Shown: one piece after another, positions 1-6,044 of the stretch
Layout: every line of letters begins with the position of its first letter
Position numbering within the stretch: the first letter of the stretch is position 1
Program-made: the position numbers and the translations under genes
Notes under the pieces: generated by a model
The model's database searches: none
Told to the model about the DNA's origin: nothing
Seen by the model: the letters and a program-made list of their open reading frames with translations, nothing else
DNA from: Candidatus Zixiibacteriota bacterium
Lineage (GTDB): Bacteria > Zixibacteria > MSB-5A5 > GN15 > FEB-12
Length of the DNA: 10,451 nt
Assembly (NCBI GenBank): GCA_041742355.1
Contig: JBGSIV010000187.1
Coordinates: forward strand, 1-10,451
Reading direction: 5' to 3'

Positions 1-38
1 GCGCCCAGCGCATTATCCCCTGACACTCCCACTCGCTA

Positions 39-57
39 CCCTTTTGCGGCAAAAGGG
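39..57. promoter_or_regulatory. 19-bp palindrome, candidate transcription-factor operator
   Basis: CCCTTTTGC-G-GCAAAAGGG: perfect 9-bp arms around a 1-nt centre, ending 2 bp before the TTGACC -35 candidate. The palindrome is seen directly; its function is inferred. Confidence 0.45.
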
Positions 58-59
58 AT

Positions 60-88
60 TTGACCTGTGCGCCCCCGCACGTGATATT
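60..88 (+). promoter_or_regulatory. putative sigma70-type promoter of the msbA-GT-rel operon
   Basis: TTGACC (60-65), 17-bp spacer, GATATT (83-88); an alternative extended -10 is TGaTATTAC (82-90). It lies about 30 bp upstream of the GTG start, which has a GGAG Shine-Dalgarno-like motif near 110-113. Confidence 0.5.
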
Positions 89-120
89 ACCCTATTGTAC
101 CAAGAAGGCGGAGACAACTG

Positions 121-2001
121 GTGAACCTCTATCGGCGAACATTCTCGGTCCTGAAACCGTACTGGAAACAGCTTCTCACCGCGTCCACCTCGGCCGCGCT
201 CTACGCCCTCCTGTCCGGCCTCCTGGTCTGGATGCTCGGGCCGCTGCTCATGGTGTTGTTCCAGGTCGACAGCGCGATCCCCGGCATGTCCTCCCTGTCC
301 GATGCCGCTCCCGCCGTCCCCGCCGCCACCGGCTTTGTTGACAACATCTCGGCCTGGTTCGCCGGCGTCCGCGAAGCCCTCCGCGGCTGGATCGACAGCC
401 TCGTCACGGCCGACTCCCGCTCCGCCATGTTGGTGAACTTCTGCATCCTCGCTATGGTCGTCGTCGTCGCCAAGAATCTATTCCTCTATCTGCAGGGCTT
501 CTTCATGGCCTATGTCCAGCAGGGCGTTATCCGCTCATTCCGCAACCGCCTGTTCGAGAAATACCAACGCCTGTCGCTCGGTTACTTCCACAGCCGACGC
601 ACCGGCCAGATCATCTCCCGCGTCACCAACGATGTCGTCGTGCTCAACGAATCGGTCGACCTCGGCTTCAACCACCTCGTCACCGATTCCATCACCGTGA
701 CCGTGCTCTTCTCGTTCCTCCTGATCCTGAGCTGGAAACTGACCCTGCTGTCGCTGATCGTCATGCCGATCGTCTTCGCCTTCATTTGGTTCGTGGGACG
801 CAAACTCCGCAAGTACTCCTCGCGCTCCCAGGAGCGTATGGCCGATGTCAACTCGGTCCTGGAGGAATCGGTCAGCAACATCCGCATCGTCAAGGCGTTC
901 TCGATGGAAGAATTCGAAATGAAGAAGTTCTTCCACGCCACCGACCAGTTTTTCCGCTCGCTGTTGCGCATGACCCGCATCCGGCACCTCGCGTCCCCCA
1001 TCAGTGACATGCTCGCCACCGCCGCCGGTCTCCTCATCCTCCTCTACGCCGGCACTCGCATCATCCTCGGCACCGGCGAACTCAGCGCCGGCGACTTCAT
1101 CACCTTTATCGTCGCCATGCTCGCCATGATCAAACCGGCCAAGAACCTCTCCCAGGTGCACATCAAACTGCAGGAGGGAATGGCCGCCGCCGAACGCATC
1201 TTCGGCGTCCTCGACACCACCGAAGTAGTCCAGGACCCGCCCAAACCGATTCACCTCGACACGCTCCGCGACGCTATTCGTTACGAACGCGTCTGGTTTA
1301 AATACGACACCTCCGACGATGTCCTGTGTGACATCAGCTTCGAGGTCAAACGCGGCGAGATCGTAGCCGTGGTCGGCCCTTCCGGCGCGGGCAAGTCGAC
1401 CCTGCTTGACCTGCTGCCCCGCTTCTACGATCCGCAGCGGGGGAGAGTCACCATCGACAACCACGACCTGCGCGCCCTCTCGCTCAAATCCCTGCGCGGC
1501 CTCATGGGCATCGTCACCCAGGAGACCTACCTCTTCAACGATACCATCGCGAACAACATCGCCTACGGCCTGACCGACATCCCGCGCGCGAAAATCGAAG
1601 AGGCCGCCCGCATGGCGAACGCCCACAACTTCATCGCCGAGTTCGAACGCGGCTACGACACCCTCGTCGGCAACCGCGGCGTCATGCTCTCCGGCGGCCA
1701 GCGCCAGCGCGTCGCTATCGCCCGCGCCCTCCTGCGCAATCCGGAGATCCTCATTTTCGACGAGGCTACCTCCTCGCTCGACACCGAATCCGAGATGCTC
1801 GTCCAGGAGGCGATCGACCGCCTCATGCGTGACCGCACCGTCCTGGTGATCGCCCACCGCCTCTCAACCATCAAGAACGCCGACCGCATCCTCGTGCTGG
1901 AAAAAGGCCGCATCGTCGAGTGCGGCAGCCACACCGAGCTGCTGACCCACGCCGGCCTGTACCACCGCCTCTACACCATGCAGTTCCGGGACGCCGAATG
2001 A
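121..2001 (+). CDS. msbA: MsbA-like ABC exporter (fused TMD + NBD), probable lipid A-core flippase, 626 aa
   Basis: N-terminal hydrophobic helices; Walker A GPSGAGKST, Q-loop IVTQE, signature LSGGQRQR, Walker B ILIFDEATSSLD, H-loop IAHRL. GTG start with GGAG upstream. Heads a cluster of LPS-type glycosyltransferases; the msbA name rests partly on that context. Confidence 0.88.
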   Translation: MNLYRRTFSVLKPYWKQLLTASTSAALYALLSGLLVWMLGPLLMVLFQVDSAIPGMSSLSDAAPAVPAATGFVDNISAWFAGVREALRGWIDSLVTADSRSAMLVNFCILAMVVVVAKNLFLYLQGFFMAYVQQGVIRSFRNRLFEKYQRLSLGYFHSRRTGQIISRVTNDVVVLNESVDLGFNHLVTDSITVTVLFSFLLILSWKLTLLSLIVMPIVFAFIWFVGRKLRKYSSRSQERMADVNSVLEESVSNIRIVKAFSMEEFEMKKFFHATDQFFRSLLRMTRIRHLASPISDMLATAAGLLILLYAGTRIILGTGELSAGDFITFIVAMLAMIKPAKNLSQVHIKLQEGMAAAERIFGVLDTTEVVQDPPKPIHLDTLRDAIRYERVWFKYDTSDDVLCDISFEVKRGEIVAVVGPSGAGKSTLLDLLPRFYDPQRGRVTIDNHDLRALSLKSLRGLMGIVTQETYLFNDTIANNIAYGLTDIPRAKIEEAARMANAHNFIAEFERGYDTLVGNRGVMLSGGQRQRVAIARALLRNPEILIFDEATSSLDTESEMLVQEAIDRLMRDRTVLVIAHRLSTIKNADRILVLEKGRIVECGSHTELLTHAGLYHRLYTMQFRDAE

Positions 2002-3128
2002 ACATCCTGCTGCTTGACTCAATCGAGCCGCAGACCTACGGCGGCATGGAGGAGTGGATCCGGCTCGTCGCCCACGGCCTTTCTCAACGCGGCCATAACG
2101 TCACCGTCGCGGGCCGCCCCGACTCCGAATTCCTCAATCGGATAGAATCCACCGGCGGCGTCGCGACCCTTCCGCTCGACATTTCCGGCGACTTCAACCC
2201 TGCGACCATCACGCGCCTCAAATCGTACCTGTCCGAGCACGACATCGATCTCATCACGGTCAATTTCAACAAGGACATCCGCCTCGGCGGCATCGCCGCC
2301 CGCCTAGACCGCCGCGCCCGTGTGATCTGGTCGGTCGGCCTCGATATCACCAAAGACAGCCTGGTCCACAAGCTCCTGACCCCGCGCCTCGTCGATGGCG
2401 TCATCGTCCCGTCAGCCTCGCTTAAGGACCAGATCACGCGCCACGGCTACATCGAGCCCGACATCGTCCGCGTCATTCCGATCGGCATCCCCGATAAGCC
2501 GCTGGCCATGGGCAGGGAAGAGGCCCGCGTCGCTCTCCGCAGCAAGTTCACCCTGCCCGCCGACTCTCTCATCGCCGTCACCTCCGGCCGATTCGTCGAG
2601 CAAAAGGGCCACCGGTACCTGATCGAGGCCGCCGCAGAAATCGTCCGGCACGCCACCTCAACCCGCTTCCTCCTCCTCGGCGACGGCCCCTTGCGCGAAA
2701 CTCTCCAGCAGCTACTCGCGGCCTCCGGCCTCACCGACCGCTTCATTTTCGCCGGCATGCTCCGTGACTGCGACCTCGAACTGGCCGGATCCGACCTCAT
2801 GATCCACCCCTCAATCGAGGAGCCGTTCGGCATCGTCCTCCTCGAAGCCATGCGAGCCGGTCTGCCGATTGTCGCCTCCGACATCGGCGGCATCCCCGAG
2901 GTCGTCCGGGCAGGGAAGACCGCCCTGCTCGTCCCGCCGCGTGATCCCGATGCGCTCACTGAATCCGCGGCACGGCTTCTCTGCGACCCCGCCTTCTGCA
3001 CGTCGCTCGGCCGCGCCGGTCGCGCCCGATTCGAGGTCCTGTTCACTGCCGATCGAATGCTCGATCACGTCGAGGAGTACTTCCTTTCACAGATCAAATC
3101 CGCCGGGTGCGCCAATGGGACTGCGTAA
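1998..3128 (+). CDS. glycosyltransferase family 4 (GT-B fold, RfaG/WaaG-like), 376 aa
   Basis: True start is ATG 1998, overlapping the msbA stop (ATGA). N-terminal MNILLL...YGGMEEW; GRFVEQKGH; E-x7-E motif EPFGIVLLEAMRAGLPIVASDIGGIPE. The 1920-1997 extension in the ORF track lies inside msbA. Confidence 0.92.
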   Translation: MNILLLDSIEPQTYGGMEEWIRLVAHGLSQRGHNVTVAGRPDSEFLNRIESTGGVATLPLDISGDFNPATITRLKSYLSEHDIDLITVNFNKDIRLGGIAARLDRRARVIWSVGLDITKDSLVHKLLTPRLVDGVIVPSASLKDQITRHGYIEPDIVRVIPIGIPDKPLAMGREEARVALRSKFTLPADSLIAVTSGRFVEQKGHRYLIEAAAEIVRHATSTRFLLLGDGPLRETLQQLLAASGLTDRFIFAGMLRDCDLELAGSDLMIHPSIEEPFGIVLLEAMRAGLPIVASDIGGIPEVVRAGKTALLVPPRDPDALTESAARLLCDPAFCTSLGRAGRARFEVLFTADRMLDHVEEYFLSQIKSAGCANGTA

Positions 3129-4224
3129 AGACCTCGAACACAGCTTCAAAGACTTCGTCTTCTGGGCCACCGGCCCGCTCCTCAAACGCGGCCAGTCGGA
3201 GTTCCGTCCCCTCGACGGCAACCGCCTCCAGCGCGTCCTCTTCCTGCGCCCCGAGAAGCTCGGCGATATGATTATCTCCTTCCCCGTCTTCGACGGCCTC
3301 AAAGCCCGCTACCCGCATATAAAGATCTCCGTCCTCGGCTCCCCGCGCAACCGGGCAATCATTGACGGGGATCCACGCTTCGACCAGATCTTTATGTACA
3401 CCAAGAGCGCGAAAGACCTCGCCGAGATCCAGCGCATCCGCAACGAACGCTTCGACTGCGTCGTCGACATGATCTGCGATGACTCCGTCACCGCCCTCTA
3501 CCTCTCGCAGTACACCGCCCCCGGCAAACCCCGCATCGGTGTCGGCAAAGTCAAATATCGGGAGTACTACGACTTCAACTACGACCGGCTCAACAACACC
3601 GGGCACATCGTCGACAACACCCTCAAGCTCCTCGCCGCTTTCGGCATCGACCCCGCCGGTGTCAGCGGCTACGCCGAGCCGTACCTCTCCGAGGCCGACC
3701 GCATGCTCGCCGCCGCCTTCCTGCGCGAAATCGGCGGCGACCAGCCCCATAGTCTGATCGTCGGCTACAACCTCTCCGCCGGCGCCCCCACCCGCGTCTG
3801 GGCGCTCGAAAAATCCGCCGCGCTGGTGCAGGCCATCCTCACCCGCCACTCCGAAGCGCACGTCGTCCTCATGGTCGCGCCCCCCGACCGCGTCCGCGCT
3901 CAGTCGGTCGCTCAATCATTCGACCGCCGCGTGCACATCGTCCCCGACGGCCTCAGCCTTCGCCAGGCTTCGGCCATCGTCGGCAAAGTCGACCTGCTCA
4001 TCTCCCCGGACACCAGCATGGTCCACATCGCCCGCGCTTTCCGTGTGCCCGTGGTCGGCCTCTACAGCCGCCACCAGAAGAACTTTCTGCTCTGGAAACC
4101 GTATGACCAGGAGGTCGGCTCCGTTGTCTCCGATAACGATGATAACATCTTCGATATCACCGTCGACCGTGTCATGGAGGTCTTTGAGCAGGTCGTGACC
4201 CGCTACGTAGCAGGGGAGAGGTAA
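3115..4224 (+). CDS. glycosyltransferase family 9 (ADP-heptose:LPS heptosyltransferase-like), 369 aa
   Basis: Start MGLRKD at ATG 3115 (14-bp overlap with the GT4 end). GT9 motifs RVLFLRPEKLGDMI and DLLISPDTSMVHIARAFRVPVVGLY; GYNLSAGAPTRVW matches the usual 'GA...KxW' segment. Confidence 0.88.
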   Translation: MGLRKDLEHSFKDFVFWATGPLLKRGQSEFRPLDGNRLQRVLFLRPEKLGDMIISFPVFDGLKARYPHIKISVLGSPRNRAIIDGDPRFDQIFMYTKSAKDLAEIQRIRNERFDCVVDMICDDSVTALYLSQYTAPGKPRIGVGKVKYREYYDFNYDRLNNTGHIVDNTLKLLAAFGIDPAGVSGYAEPYLSEADRMLAAAFLREIGGDQPHSLIVGYNLSAGAPTRVWALEKSAALVQAILTRHSEAHVVLMVAPPDRVRAQSVAQSFDRRVHIVPDGLSLRQASAIVGKVDLLISPDTSMVHIARAFRVPVVGLYSRHQKNFLLWKPYDQEVGSVVSDNDDNIFDITVDRVMEVFEQVVTRYVAGER

Positions 4225-4988
4225 TGGGACTTTCGGTCGTCATCATAACGAAAAACGAGGAGGCCAATCTCGGCCGTTGCCTCGAATCGGTCGCCTTCGC
4301 CGACGAAATCATCGTCGTCGATTCCCAATCCACCGACCGCACCCTCGAAATCGCCTCCGCCCACAATGCTCGCATCTGCCAAACCGAGTGGCACGGCTTC
4401 GGCCCCGCCAAACGCCTCGGCGTCGGACTGGCCACGCAGGAATGGGTGCTCTCCATCGACGCCGACGAGGCCGTTACCCCCGAACTGGCCGCCGAGATCC
4501 GGTCGATCGTCGTCTCCCGCGACCCCCACAACGGCTTCATTGTTAAACGGCGCACCAACTTCCTCGGCCGCTGGATCCACTACTGCGGCTGGTATCCCGA
4601 CCCCGTCCTGCGCCTGTTCCGGCGCGCCCACGGCAACGTCAACGAAGCCGTGGTCCACGAAGCGGTCGAGGTCGACGGCGAGGTTGGCCGTCTCAACGGC
4701 GAACTCCTGCACTACAGCTACCCGACCATGGAGCTCTACCTCGCCAAATCCAACGTCTACACCACCCTCGGGGCGCAGGAGGCCTTTCGCCGCGGACGGC
4801 GCGCCCGATGGTACGACCTTGTCTTTCGCCCGATCGTGTCGTTTATTACCCACTACCTCGTCCGCCAGGGTTTCCGCGACGGGATCGAGGGTCTGATCAT
4901 CTCGGTTATGTCCTCAGTAGCCGTATTTACCAAGTATGCCAAGCTGCGGCACCTGGGCCGCAACGAGGCGACAAAACAGGCGGAATAG
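4224..4988 (+). CDS. glycosyltransferase family 2, WaaE/KdtX-like LPS beta-1,4-glucosyltransferase, 254 aa
   Basis: LSVVIITKNEE, IIVVDSQSTDRT, WVLSIDADE (DxD motif), GWYPDPVLRLF, VHE, LLHYSY, GFRDGIEG. TAATG overlap with the upstream stop. Confidence 0.92.
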   Translation: MGLSVVIITKNEEANLGRCLESVAFADEIIVVDSQSTDRTLEIASAHNARICQTEWHGFGPAKRLGVGLATQEWVLSIDADEAVTPELAAEIRSIVVSRDPHNGFIVKRRTNFLGRWIHYCGWYPDPVLRLFRRAHGNVNEAVVHEAVEVDGEVGRLNGELLHYSYPTMELYLAKSNVYTTLGAQEAFRRGRRARWYDLVFRPIVSFITHYLVRQGFRDGIEGLIISVMSSVAVFTKYAKLRHLGRNEATKQAE

Positions 4989-4989
4989 A

Positions 4990-6037
4990 ATGGCCCAAGA
5001 AATAGACCTGCAGCCCGGAGACAAAATCCTCATCAGCCGGACCGATCGCCTCGGCGACCTGATCCTCGCCCTCCCCTTCGTAGAGACGATGAAACGGCGC
5101 TACCCGAAGTGCCGGATCGATGTCCTCGCGTCGCTCTATGCCTCGCCCATTCTCGAGAACAACCCGCACATCGACAAAATCGTCCGCGTCCAGAACGACC
5201 AACTCTGGAGCGACAACCTCTACAAGAAAGACCTCCTCCACAAGATACGCATGGAGGAGTACAAGGTGGTCGTGGCGCTCTACCCCGAACGGGACATCGC
5301 CCAGCTCTTCCAGCGGGCCGAAATTCCCTACCGCATCGGCACTGCGCGACGTTTCCACTCGATCTACTTCAATTACCACATCACGCACAGCCGCAAGGCC
5401 AACGTGAAACACGAATTCGAGTACAACCTCGACTTCCTGAAGTTCTTCCGCGACGGCGACACGATCACTGTCCCCCAGGTCTACCTGCTCGAAAAGGAAC
5501 TGCGCAACGCCCGCCGCATCCTTAACGACGTTGGCGCGGACGAGACCTTCGTCGTCGTCCACCCCGGTTCCCGCGGCTCCGCCGAACGCTGGCCCCTCGA
5601 ACGCTTTGTCGAGCTCTACCGCCGCATTTCGCACCAGGGCCTGAGCGTCGTCCTCTCCGGCTCCGAGGAAGAAGGAAAACACCTGCAGGAAGCGACGACC
5701 GGCCTTGATGTCCCCGTCCGCGACATCACCGGCCAAACCGACCTTCGCACCCTCGCCGCCGTCCTCTCGCTCGCTCGCCCGGGTCGTCGTCGCCAACTCC
5801 ACCGGCCCCCTGCACCTCGCCACCGCCGTCGGCACCCACGTCGTCGGGTTGTACCCCAGCCGCAAAGCCGTTTCGCCGAAACGATGGGGACCGCTCGGCG
5901 AACCCCACCGCGTCATCCAGCCCAACGATGTCGAGTGCAGCTGCCCCCCGAAACAGTGCCGCTGCATGTCGACCATATCGGTCGATCAGGTCGCCGCCGA
6001 AGTCATGTCGCTGTATAACGTGCAGGAAGTCCGATAA
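4990..6037 (+). pseudogene. second glycosyltransferase family 9 gene, frameshifted (+4 nt) at about 5766-5778; 347 aa if repaired
   Basis: ATG 4990 opens KILISRTDRLGDLI...VVVHPGSRGSAERWP...DITGQTDLRTLAAVLSLA. The conserved GT9 C-terminus RVVVANSTGPLHLATAVGTHVVGLYP...RWGP is in the next frame (ORF 5705..6037). Deleting one TCGC unit joins the two halves. Could be a real mutation, a phase state or an assembly error. Confidence 0.85.
5766..5778 (+). repeat. short tetranucleotide tandem repeat C(TCGC)3 at the GT9 frameshift
   Basis: Sequence gtcct-c-tcgc-tcgc-tcgc-ccgggtc; TCGC units at 5767, 5771 and 5775. Confidence 0.8.
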
Positions 6038-6044
6038 CGAACTT

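Noticed and set aside
535..1857. 440-aa antisense ORF opposite msbA
   Set aside because: Shadow ORF: C-ending codon bias in GC-rich genes removes stops on the reverse strand. It has no recognisable motifs and fully overlaps a clear gene.
2869..3114. N-terminal extensions in the ORF track (2869-3114; also 1920-1997, 4936-4989, 5928-6044, 9979-10107)
   Set aside because: They lie inside upstream genes or the intergenic region. Family-like sequence begins at the downstream ATGs, which sit at overlapping junctions or after RBS motifs.
5779..6018. Arg-rich C-terminus of the 360-aa ORF as a novel basic domain
   Set aside because: It is the out-of-frame read after the TCGC duplication; the real GT9 C-terminus is in the next frame.
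5705..6037. 110-aa ORF as an independent gene
   Set aside because: It is the distal half of the frameshifted GT9; its first ~20 residues are off-frame sequence and no RBS is evident.
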